A DNA stretch of 64,000 nt, taken from the NCBI RefSeq assembly GCF_009914755.1, contig NC_060927.1; one strand, written 5' to 3'. The notes under the pieces are model-generated. The model did no database searches. It saw nothing but the letters and a program-made list of their open reading frames with translations, and had not been told where the DNA came from. This document shows, piece after piece, positions 53,425-64,000 of the stretch. This DNA comes from the human T2T-CHM13v2.0 reference genome, Homo sapiens. Every line of letters starts with the position of its first letter. Positions within the stretch are counted from its first letter, which is position 1. A program made the position numbers and the translations under genes.

Positions 53425-54393
53425 CTGAGTTTGTATACCCTCTTCGCATAGCTACATGTTTCAGAGGATGTGAGCTCAATCCCCATTAGTCTAAATCTGA
53501 TGCACTTCATTATTCATAAGTCTAACCCTGAAGTTTTCAACCAGTGCAAGAGCTCCACACACAGAAATTCTGGTATAGATCTGAAGTTTTAAAATTTTTA
53601 GAAACTTCTAATTTTCTAAAACAGTTTTTTTTTGTTTTGTTTTTTTTGTTTGTTTGTTTGTTTTTTTCTTCAATAAGATCTCATTCTGTCACTCGGGCTG
53701 GAGTACCAGGGTGCAATCATGGCTCACTGCAGCTTTGACCTCCCTGTGTTCAAGTGATCTTTCCACCTCAGCCTCCCAAGGAGCTGGGGCTACAGGTGGG
53801 CACCACCACACCAGCTCATTTTTTTTTTTTTAATTTTTTATAGAGACTGGGTTTCACTATGTTGCTCATGCTGGTGTCAAACTCCTGGGCTCAAGCCATC
53901 TGCCCACCTCGGCCTTCCAATTTCTGGGATTACAGGTGTGAGCCACCACATCCAGCTCAGTTACAGTGCTTTGAATAAACTTTGAGTGATGTGGTATAAA
54001 AATGGGCATGGGTTGTCCTTTGGTAAATGAGACATGAAAGAAAGATTGCTGATGAGATTCTGAGAAATGTTCTTTGTCTTAAAAGGTGAGGATGGGGAGG
54101 TGTCAAACAAGACCTAACCTCTCAACAATCAGCTGGACACTGTTGTGTAAGAATGTGAAGCTTGGCACTGCTGCAGCCATCTTGTTCCAGGAAGGGTAAA
54201 ACCTGAGGTTAGAAGCCAACATCCTAATGATGGCAGAGAAGACAAAGAGAACCAGAGTCTAAATGACATTGTTGAGTTAGATCACTACACTACCTCTAGT
54301 CTTCTTTTTATGTGTGATAATAAATCTCACTTATACTTAAGCCATTTGAAGTTGAGTCTAATGTTCATTTCAGACCAAAGCAGCTTAACTGAC
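53425..54393 (+). mobile_element. MLT1J-like LTR interrupted by an Alu
   Basis: ctgctgcagccatcttg, tgatggcagagaag, taagccatttgaagttgagt...aactgaca. Confidence 0.6.
53625..53956 (-). mobile_element. AluJ
   Basis: Dimeric Alu with (TTTG)n tail. Confidence 0.9.
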
Positions 54394-54938
54394 ATGTTCT
54401 CCGCTTTGTTACCCTATCCAGTTGTTTTCATGCAGGAAATAAATCTCAAATTACCTCATTTATGAATTTGCCTGTTTTTGTCTTTCCCTACTTTAAAAAA
54501 AAACATCTATTTTATATTTATTCTGACTTGATGCCTAGAATGGTGTTTATCACATAGCAGATAGTGAATATATAAAGGTAAATGTAGAGTACATTAAAAC
54601 AGTCAAATTTATCTCCTTAGTATCTAAAGGTAAACTTTCTATGCTCACTTACTATCAAAACTTTAATTTATTAGCTCTTTCCAGGAACACTTTAATATTC
54701 TTTATTAAAATATCTCTTTCTACAGTTTCATACTCCACCAATGCATCTTCCACATTGCTGATAAAGCAGCAAAGATCTTGCTTAAAATTTTTCCGTAGCG
54801 CCCATCGTATGTAAAAAAAAAGTCTTCAAATGCTATGGCATGACAGACATCAGGCATCTATCTGCTCATCCAGCTTGCCTGTTTCCAGTCTGTACTGCAG
54901 TCATACCAAAGGTCTCAAGTCTCTCTCAAAACACTGTG

Positions 54939-55380
54939 TGTAGTAGGTAGACTAAAATGGCTCACAAGATGCCTACCCCTTTCTGTGCACATGCTGCATA
55001 ATTTCCTTCCCTTGAATGCGAGTTGTCTTGACTCAATCAAGTGAGTCCTTTGGAAAGAGGATGCGAAGGTCAGAGATGAAAGAAGCTTGAGATACTCCAA
55101 GCTGCACCAGATGCCTTCTTGGCCACAGAAGACTTCACTCTATAACCACAAGTCACTGAATTCATCAAACAATCTAAATAATTTTGGAAGCAGATCCTAA
55201 ACTCCAGATAAGAACACCAGCCAGGCTGATACTTTACTGTATTTTTGTGAGATACCAAGGAGACACTGCAGCTGAGATATACCCAAAATTCTGACCTGCA
55301 CAACTATGAGATAATATGAGTGTTTTTTTAAGCTGCTAGGTTTGTGACCATTTGCTATGCAACCATAGAACACTAATGCA
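54939..55380 (+). mobile_element. MLT1E-like solo LTR
   Basis: Start tgtagtaggtagactaaaatggc; end tttgctatgcaaccatagaacactaatgca. Confidence 0.75.
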
Positions 55381-56504
55381 TAATGCTTTCTCAATTCTCC
55401 TTGCCTTTCATTTGTTATTTCTTCTCATTTCAGCTCATGTCTTCCCATCCTTTCGCCCATCCTTCAAGATCCAGCTCATGCATTACCTCCTTCAGAAATC
55501 CTTCCACTGCAAAACACTTCTTCTAACCCTAGATAGTTTCCTTCCCCCGTGCCTTATTCTCCCTCTCAATGTTTTTCATTGTTCTGACATTTCCACTTTC
55601 ATATACCAATAGGAATATTAGAGTAGGAGGAATAGTCTCATCTTGAACTGAAACTATGACCCCTCTCTTGGAAGAATCAATATCATACTGGAATCAGATT
55701 ATCAGGAGTCTCCTGATCAAGACATAACCCAAATATCCCAAAGTCATTTGATTGACCCAATATCAATGCCGCAGGTTTTTGTAAGATTGTCCTATTAATG
55801 TTACTATTATTCAGATATCTCCCCACATTAACCCTCAATTGGTTAATGAGTAAGTCCAAAGTTGACAGAAGACACAGAAGTTGATAACAAAATAAATTTT
55901 AAGAATTAACTTCTGGTTTACAATGGCATAATAATAACATTTCTGTGGTCTTTGCCTCTTCTCTCTGAAATCATTCCAAAACAACGAGAGAATTGTAAAA
56001 GAAGAGATGAAAGCACAGCTCTATCTTTGGTGAAACTAAAAACTACCTGTAGCTCTAAAAAATAGACAAATGAGGCCTGCTAAGACTAGCGAAAATAATA
56101 TGATGCAAGGAAATGCTGAGAAAAGAAATCTACAGCTGTACCATAAAATAACGCTGGCATGGAGAATTCTTTAAGGTAGTTTGCCATCCTGAGGGATAAA
56201 ATTGTAACTTCGGAATAAATCTCCAGAATGGTAGGATAGCTGATAGGAGCTTTTCTGGACCATTTTTAGCGTCACAGAGAAGCAAGGAGATGAGACTGCA
56301 GCAGACAGCACACGGACATGCAGAATATGCCGAAAGCATTCTGTCGTTATGGCCAGATAAAGGCGAGCCTCAGATCTGTAACAGCCCTGACACTGATGAT
56401 TTCTTTCAGCTGGAAGAAGTAAAAGCTCCATCACTTTATATTTCTTTCTAGGAGTGTATGTGTGCACGTTTCTGTTTCTGTGTAAATCTTATATACACGC
56501 ACAT

Positions 56505-56922
56505 TGTTAATGATAAATAACAATGGAGACCACAGTTGAGACATATCTCAAGGCCAACTGCCTATAGCTATATAGTCAAAGCTTAAGTTATCCTGATTTT
56601 CCTGAAACCCTAGCTCTCATCATAAACCAAGAAGCCATAAACTTTATGTTCTTGTCAGCATGATTCAGTGAAATTGAACCGATCAACTATAGATCTATCA
56701 ACTTAAACAGCTCAGTTTGCCTTAAAATAAATGTTCATGTATAACAGCCAATCTTAAAAAAATGCCAAATTCCTTTTTCTGAGCTTTATAAGCTGTGCCA
56801 TAGTTATTGTAAGGTGAGCTTTTTAACCACTTAGTTTGGGAAATCCCAGTTTGAAAACTATTGTTTTATAATCAAAATAAGCTTGTACATTTTTAAAATT
56901 TGACTTGATGTATTTTTTGACA
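56505..56922 (+). mobile_element. ERV1-class solo LTR (family uncertain)
   Basis: TGTTAA...TGACA termini, internal ccaat and tataa, near 4-bp TSD acat/acac. Confidence 0.6.
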
Positions 56923-57300
56923 ACACACACACAAACCTAAAACCTTGTGTTGTGAGAAATTTCTTTATAAACGAGGAAGATATCCTGGCTGTCTGTAAAC
57001 TGTTCTCACTTTTAAACCGTGGAAAATCTCTACCAAGAGATGATGGCAAAAGTAGAACTTCTCTCATTCACAGGTAAATAATAATTTTAAATGTTTGGCT
57101 TATAATCTCTACAAAGATCCTATAAGTTACATAATAAATAATAGGAAAAATACAAACGGCAAGTAAGGGAGACATAGCAGAAAAATATTAACATGGAAAA
57201 GATACACAACTTTGACAAAATTACATGGAAAATGTATCCATTTAAATTAGGAGCCCAAAACAGATATAAGAGCATGAGGAAAAGGTTGGAAAAATAAATA

Positions 57301-57820
57301 CAGTATTCTCCCCTTATCCATGGGGGACACATTCCAAAATCCCCAGTGGATGCCTGAAATCACTGATAGCACCAGAGCCTATATACACTATGTTTTTCCC
57401 TATATATACATACTTGTGATAAACTTATCTTTACAAATTAGGTACAATAAGATATTTCACCTGAGAGAAGTAAAAGTCAATAATCCCTTTCTGTCAATGT
57501 GTATTTCTTTCTAGGAGTGTATGTATGCGCATATGTTGGTGTAAATCATATACACCTGCACATTACTAAAAATAAATAAAAATGGAGGCCACAGTTTAGA
57601 TATATCTCAAGGCCAACTGCCTAAAGCCATATAATCAAAACTGAAGTTATCCTAACAATAACTCATAATAAAAGAGAATGGTTTCTTCATATGCTAAGGG
57701 CAAGAAAAAAGAAAAAAATAAAAATCATGAAAATAAAGGAACAATCATAACAATATGCCGTACTAAAAGTTACATGATGTTTTTCTGTCTCTTTTTTTCT
57801 GTCTCAAAACATCTATTGTC
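57301..57820 (+). mobile_element. MER44B/Tigger7 fragment containing captured inserts
   Basis: TA then cagtattctccccttatcc...cccagtggatgcctgaaa; resumes aacaataactcataataaaa at 57654. Confidence 0.8.
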
Positions 57821-57821
57821 T

Positions 57822-58147
57822 TGCTAAAGAAAAATGTTAGAAATTTTAATCAGAGGTCGATTGATCAAAGACCAATTCACGAATGGGACAGCCTCTGAAA
57901 AAGAATAGATTCAGAGAGACTTTACCACTGTTGCTGGTCAAAAAAAGGTTTATGGACAGAAAAAGGAAAGTGACATACAGAAAATGAAGTGACATACAGA
58001 AAGAGCCAGACTAGTTATATGTATACATTTTATATATTATAGCTTGGCTTTTGTCTTATTTGAGCACGGTTTGAACAATTGACTGCCTTTGATTTGCCAA
58101 AACGCCATGATTGGCACAAAAGTAGGTTACAGTCTGTTTACACATCA
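57822..58147 (-). mobile_element. MER57-like LTR fragment
   Basis: gtttatggacagaaaaaggaaagtgac, gattggcacaaaagtaggttacagtctgtttacac. Confidence 0.75.
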
Positions 58148-59318
58148 ATATTGGGAAATCAATAAATGTGATTTGCTATAATTATAAAGAAAATGTCATA
58201 TATATTGATATAGAAAATTCCTGTTATCAAAAACCATATCCATACTGGATAAGACTGATACATACATAGTTCCTCACTGTGTATATAGGTGAAGGCAATT
58301 ATTTATATGTATACATTTTGAATACATATATGCACATACATGTGCAACACGTAAATATAATTATATGTGCATAGCATATATGTGTCTTTTACGAGCCAAA
58401 ATAAGAAAATGTGTATTAAAGTTGAGAACAAAATAAACAAATTGACTATCATCACTTATGTTTAATACTTTTGTGAAGGTACTACTTAATGGAATTTACA
58501 TGAGAAAGAAATGAGTTATAAAAACTTCAAAGGGGTGGCAAAGTTGAAATTATTTATAATGACATGAAGAATACTTACAAACTGTATCCTGTAAAACTAA
58601 AAAAACTATCACAAGCAATAAGATATTTCAATAAGGTAGTTGGCACAAAATCAACATCCCAAAATCAATAGCCATTATGCACACACAAAAAACTTGTCAG
58701 ACGATGGAAGAACATCTTTCTTTTACTATAGCCCCAAATCAAAAAATACCTGTGAATAATCTAAACAATAAATACAGCAGCTTTTTATAATGTTACTAAA
58801 AGATCCAAAGTGAAACTTGAATCACTGGAAATAAATGCTCTATTGTTGGATACATAAGCTTAATATAAGAAGAGTCTCAATTAATAATAAATCAGTGTGC
58901 AAGCTGTGATCCTTGCAATCTACCAATAGGATATTTTTTACTAGTACTGGTGAAGCTTATTCTAAATTTCATGAGCATAAATGAATGTTTAAGATTAATT
59001 AGGAAATTATTGAAAAGTAAGAATAATCAGGTAGACTTGAAGGACCTGAAGATAGTCAAACATATTATGAAATATCATAAACCTTAATAATGAATATAAT
59101 AGTGTACTAATTCATGAATAAACCAATGTTAAAGAAGAAAGAGTCTAGATATATATACAAATATGCCTGGGAATTTAGTATATGAAATATGTCATTTTAT
59201 GTAAGTGAAGAAAATGTAGATTAATTCATAGACGACATTGGGAATATTGATTAGGAACCTAAAAATGAGTTGGTACTACAACTTCACTTCTTATAACATA
59301 CTCAATACCTATTCAAGC

Positions 59319-59883
59319 TGCGATGGTTAATATTGAGGGTCAATTTGATTGCATTGAAGCATGGAAAATACTGTTTTTGGCTGTGTCTGTGAAGGTGTTG
59401 CCAAAGGAAACTAACATTTGAGTCAGTGGACTGAGAGAGGCAGAATCGCCCTCAATGTGGGTGGGCACCATCTAATCAATCAGCAGCCAGCACCACTGGA
59501 ATAAAGCAGGCAGGAGAAGACAGAAGAGCAGACTTGCTGATTCTTCCGGTCTTCATCTTTCTCCCGTGCTGGATGTTCTCTGTCCCCTCGAACATCAGAC
59601 TCCAAGTTCTTCAGCTTTTGGACTCTTGGACTTACACCAGTGGTTTGCCAGGAGTCGTTGGGCCTTTGGCCGCAGATTGTAAACTGCACTGTTGGCTTCC
59701 CTATTTTTGAGGTTTTTGGGACTCGGACTGATTGATCACTGGCTTCCTTTCTCCTGAACTTGCAGACAGCCTATCTTGGGACTTTACCTTGAGATCTTGT
59801 GAGTCAGTTCTCCATAATAAACTCCCTTTCGTGTATATATAAATCCTATTAGTCTGTTGCTCGAGAGAATCCTGACTAATACA
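59319..59883 (+). mobile_element. MLT2B solo LTR (ERVL)
   Basis: tgcgatggttaatattgag...cctgactaataca with perfect 5-bp TSD caagc (59314, 59884). Confidence 0.92.
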
Positions 59884-60096
59884 CAAGCAAATAAATTGAG
59901 AGGAAGAAACAGGAGAAAAAGTAGAGGAGGAAAAAGAGGAAACTATAAAATTATTAGACTTTTTTCTTTTTAATATTTCTAGAAATAGTTTTGAAATTGG
60001 GAAGACATATAAATACTTAAAAACCACAAGAACTGACACCACCAATATCAATATAATTATATTGGTTATAATTATAAATATACGTATATATATAAT

Positions 60097-60570
60097 TGTT
60101 AGGATTGAGAACCGAGACCACCTTTGACAATGTAATTTAATTCTTTGCTCCAGAAAATTCTTACACAGGAAGTTAAGAATGAAAATCAATAAACAACTTC
60201 TCTGTTTACTTTAGGAAATGTTTGCAAATCAATTCATCTAGGCAAACAATTTGCTCACCTGGACAAACAGCTCATTTCTCAGGACAATTTGCTCATGAAG
60301 AATCGCTTTAATACCCTTCCTTAGTGCTCTGTGTCCACTAATTCCACACCTTTATGTCATAAACTTTCCCAATTCCAATCAGTTTACCACCTTGAGAACT
60401 AAAGCCATTTAAGCTTAACCCTATAAACTCGGTATACTATTTCCTCCTTTTAAGACACTACTAAGATTTTATCAAGGCTGTGTTTTTCCTTGATACACTA
60501 AGTTTATTAAATTCAACTTTGCTTGACCAATACATTTTTCTAGGAGTCTATTGTGGACTGTTGATGACAC
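60097..60570 (+). mobile_element. Old ERV1-class solo LTR (MER89/90-like)
   Basis: tgttagg start, agacactactaagattttatcaagg, ends tgatgaca. Confidence 0.6.
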
Positions 60571-61333
60571 AAAGCCATTTAAAACTTTGTTGTGGAAAAC
60601 ATCTACAAAATCAAAAGAAAAGTGATAAAGTGTGAAAAAGTATGTTGAATACTTAACATGGGCAAAATACTATTATTCTAAATCCCTTAAAACCTTAACA
60701 AATTAATGAGAAAAAAATTTGAAAAAGTAACAGGTATGGAAAAAGTTCACATCAAATGACACAAAAACAACTTTAAAATAAGCTCAATGAAAATCATATA
60801 ACCAGAAATGTGTATTAAAACTATAAGAAAATCCTATTTTTCACCTATTACACTGGCAAAGACAAAAAGTATGTAGATGTGATGAAACAACCTATTATTG
60901 TAAGGTTTATTTGGGTACAGCTTTCATGGAGCACAATATGACAACATTTATCATGATTTTTAAAATGTGAGATTTGACTAAATAATTCTAGGAATTTATC
61001 TTTCAGATCTATTTCCACAGTGGACAAATATATATGTATGAGGTAATTAATTTTAGCTCTTTTTGGATATACTGAAGAATTAAAACATCTAAAATATTCG
61101 TTATTATAATACAATAAAAAACATATTAAAGGTAACTATTGTAAAGAATACCATAGCTCAATAAGTACAAATATGCAAATTATGTTAAATTTATAAAGAT
61201 GATTGTTCAGGAATGTGATTTTTATGCTTTGATTTCAGCGTGAAAACACTGATATGTTTTCATTCAAAAAATCTGTATAAAAATTGTTGCCACTGAAATT
61301 AACTAAATAAGAAGTAATTTCCACTAAAAACCC

Positions 61334-61565
61334 TTTTGTTTTCTCTTGTTTTTGTCCTTTTAATTTTTTGAAAATTTCTGTGTGTACACAGTAGGTGTAT
61401 ATATTTATGGGGTACATGAGATGTTTTGATACAGGCATGCAATGTGAAATAAGCACATCATGAAGAATGGAGTGTTCATCATCTCAAGCATTTATCCATT
61501 AAGTTGCAAACAATCTATGCTCTTTAAACTATTATTCTGCACAGCAAAGGATACAATCAACAAAG
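61334..61565 (-). mobile_element. Short L1MA insertion, 5'-inverted (3' end 61334-61533, inverted ORF2 piece 61535-61565)
   Basis: tatatttatggggtacatgagatgttttgatacaggcatgc; TSD taaaaaccc at 61325 and 61566. Confidence 0.8.
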
Positions 61566-61717
61566 TAAAAACCCATGTGAACTCTTTGTCCAGAAATGCA
61601 TATTTATTAGCTATTAGCCCTCCTTTCACTCCAATGAAATTGAAAAAGGGAGCTTTTATCAATCAAAACTCTGAAAGCAATCAAAACTCTGTAAGCCATT
61701 GGAACATTGGGCAATAC

Positions 61718-63916
61718 TATAGGGAGACCCCCTGAAACTATTGCTACAGAATAAAATATGAAAGGGGTTGTCCCTCCAAAGCCAAGGCTCGTTGTTCCCC
61801 ACTTCGGACCTGAACATTCAGAATTACGGAGATTAACCATAGCTATGACTGGTATGAGGGTTTGGGCTGGAGAAAGTGTTATAAGTAAATCCACCTTGTC
61901 ACCTCGAAAACTAAGACAACAGACTGATTTACACTACTATTTCCACACGGCGAAAAATATCACTATGGCAGTTGTCAAAAGGTCAATTCAAAGATGGGAC
62001 AGTAAAGTTTATGAGGACTTATACCCCCCTGTTGCTAATGTCCCCCCCACCACCTCTCATAAAACCTATTCCCCCCACCCCACATTCACAAAAAAGAGTA
62101 CCATCCCAAAATATATATACTATCTATATGGAGTCTAACAAAACTATACTGCTTTAAAGTTATGTTAAAACACCATATATGTTATTAGTAGGAAAGATGC
62201 ATATTAGTTCAAAAACCAACATAATTATCTGTGTTAATTGTTACTTGTATACTTGTATTGACTCATCCTTTAATCAATATCATAGTATTTTAATAGTCAG
62301 AGCCAGAGAAGGTATTTGGCTCCCCGTAGCCTTACATAGGCCTTGGGAATCTTCCCCTTCTGTCCAGGTATTAACAATATTCTATAAAAAATTCTTAAAA
62401 GGAATAAACAATTTATTTTTACGTTAATTGCAGTAGTAATGGGCTTGATTGCTATTACTGTGACTGCTGCTGCTGCTGGAGTTGCATTACATTGATCTAT
62501 ACAAACTGTTCATTTTGTGGATAAATGGCAAAAAAAAATTCTACTCAGATGTGGAATTCTCAGTCAGGTATTGATCAAAAATTGGCCAATCAAATTAATG
62601 ATCTAAGACAAACTGTTACATGGATGGGAGACAGAATTATGAGTGTAGAACATAGATTACAAATGCAGTGTGATTGGAATACTTCTGATTTTTGTATAAC
62701 TCCGTTCCAATATAATGAGTGTGTTCACAATTAGGAATCAGTAAAACGCCATTTACAAGGAAGTGAAGATAATTTAAGTTTAGACATAAGCACGCTAAAA
62801 GAACAGATTTTTGAGGCCTCTCAAGCACACTTCACTGCTTTACCCGGTGCTGAAGTTTTAGATGGTATCTCTGAGTGGTTATCTAATCTCAACCCCATCA
62901 ATGGGTAAAATCTTTGGGAGGATCCACTATCATTAATTTTGTTCTGGGTATAATTTGTGCTATTGGTTTATTGTTCATGTGTACAATTGGAAAAAATATT
63001 CTTCAATCCAATCATGATCAGCACCAAGCTATGATTGCTATGGAGTTTCATTTAAATCAGAGAAAAGGGGGAGATGTAGAGAGACCCCCTGAAACTATTG
63101 CTATGGAATGAAAGATGAAATGCTCCTGATTATTATAAATACAAAATTGCATGCAGGATGGTGTAAAGACAACGCCAGGTTGGGCTGCCAGAATGAGCCG
63201 ACAGCACATGATGTGCTTCCCCCTGCAGAGAGTCTAAGAATGGACGTGCAGTCAGGGAGGTTTCACATCACCAAGATTCCTATCCCAGAAAAGCAGATGT
63301 TCATAGCACTGGCAACCCTTGTGGAGAGCCTATAAATGGATGCATGAGGGGTGCCTGTTTATATGCCCTTATCTTGCCATGGCTCTTTTAAGCCTCTTTA
63401 GGGTTAAGGCATACTCCCTTCTGAGAATTTCTGGTCTAACTGGTTGTCTAGCTTCATGTCCTGTTTCTTTGATTGCTTGTAACCAGATTTTGCTGCCACT
63501 GTTACTGCTGATTAGTATCTTGCTAATCATAGGTTATGGAAAGACTGTATTTCTGTTTTAAGGCTCTGTTAGAAATTACTGATGCACACACTATATTGTA
63601 AATTCTTATCTCTGTATACTGTACTTCTGCATACAGATATTATGTTTAAGAATTACTCTATCCCCATGTGACCATCTCACCTCATAATCAAATGACCCTA
63701 AATCCCTCACTAACCTACCCCCGCCCTCACTAAACTTAATAATAAATGCTGGCATATCCAGTGCATTGGTGGCATCGCAGGACCAGAAGGCGGTGACCCC
63801 CCTGGACCCAGCTTTCACTATCTTGTATGTGTCTATTATTTCTAGACCTGCTGATCTGCCTGGGAACAAAGAAAGAGTCCCATTGCATTGCGGGTTGCTG
63901 GCCAGATCCCGCAATA
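61718..63916 (+). mobile_element. Deleted HERV-K provirus (probably HML-7/HERVK11D): 46-bp 5' LTR stub, env remnant, PPT, full MER11D-like 3' LTR 63075-63916
   Basis: gagaccccctgaaactattgcta in both LTR starts (61718, 63075); PPT agaaaagggggaga 63061-63074; probable TSD caatac/cagtac. Confidence 0.85.
61764..63074 (+). pseudogene. env: Betaretroviral HERV-K env remnant (C-terminal SU and TM), frameshifted
   Basis: GPEHSELRRL, VRAREGIWLPVALHRPWESSPS and [50 protein letters not shown] match HERV-K Env. Confidence 0.93.
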
Positions 63917-64000
63917 CAGTACTGCTTTAGAAACAAAGTAACAGAACAAAAATAAAAGGGAATAGAGTTCTCCACTTCTGTATAGTGGGTGGTGGGCAGG

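Larger units (their letters stand above)
58150..61290 (+). mobile_element. Degraded L1M ORF2-to-3' remnant hosting two LTRs
   Basis: aaaatcaacatcccaaaatcaatag, attctaaatttcat, gacattgggaatattg; boundaries approximate. Confidence 0.55.

Noticed and set aside
59701-60189. 162-aa ORF with a hydrophobic stretch
   Set aside because: Runs antisense across two LTRs and an L1 remnant; AT-rich codon artefact

Overview
This is AT-rich (roughly 35% GC by eye), CpG-poor primate genomic DNA, human or ape-like given the AluY, L1PA and THE1 content. It contains no intact multi-exon gene, CpG island, RNA gene or CRISPR array. Most recognisable sequence is interspersed repeats: about 11 Alus, L1 remnants, L2, MIR, CR1, MaLR elements (MLT1, THE1), ERVL elements (MLT2, HERV-L), a deleted HERV-K provirus (probably HML-7/MER11D), DNA transposon fossils and microsatellites. 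Almost all ORFs in the supplied track are repeat-derived or chance. The best gene-like signal is a candidate + strand terminal coding exon at 10253-10312 (DALRLFSGLKTTAPRCIFA*), whose gene I could not identify. The most unusual signals are structural. A HERV-L has its 3' LTR flipped, so two MLT2A LTRs converge on gag. Three independent 5'-inverted L1s were internally primed within about 40 nt of the same ORF2 site. There are several locally templated insertions (16 bp, about 200 bp, and a microsatellite seed), a tail-less Alu fragment flanked by duplications, and a HERV-K deletion that fuses an LTR ATG to env. Repeat subfamily names come from remembered consensus sequences and need RepeatMasker/Dfam confirmation. 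I found no evidence for a wholly new biological system.
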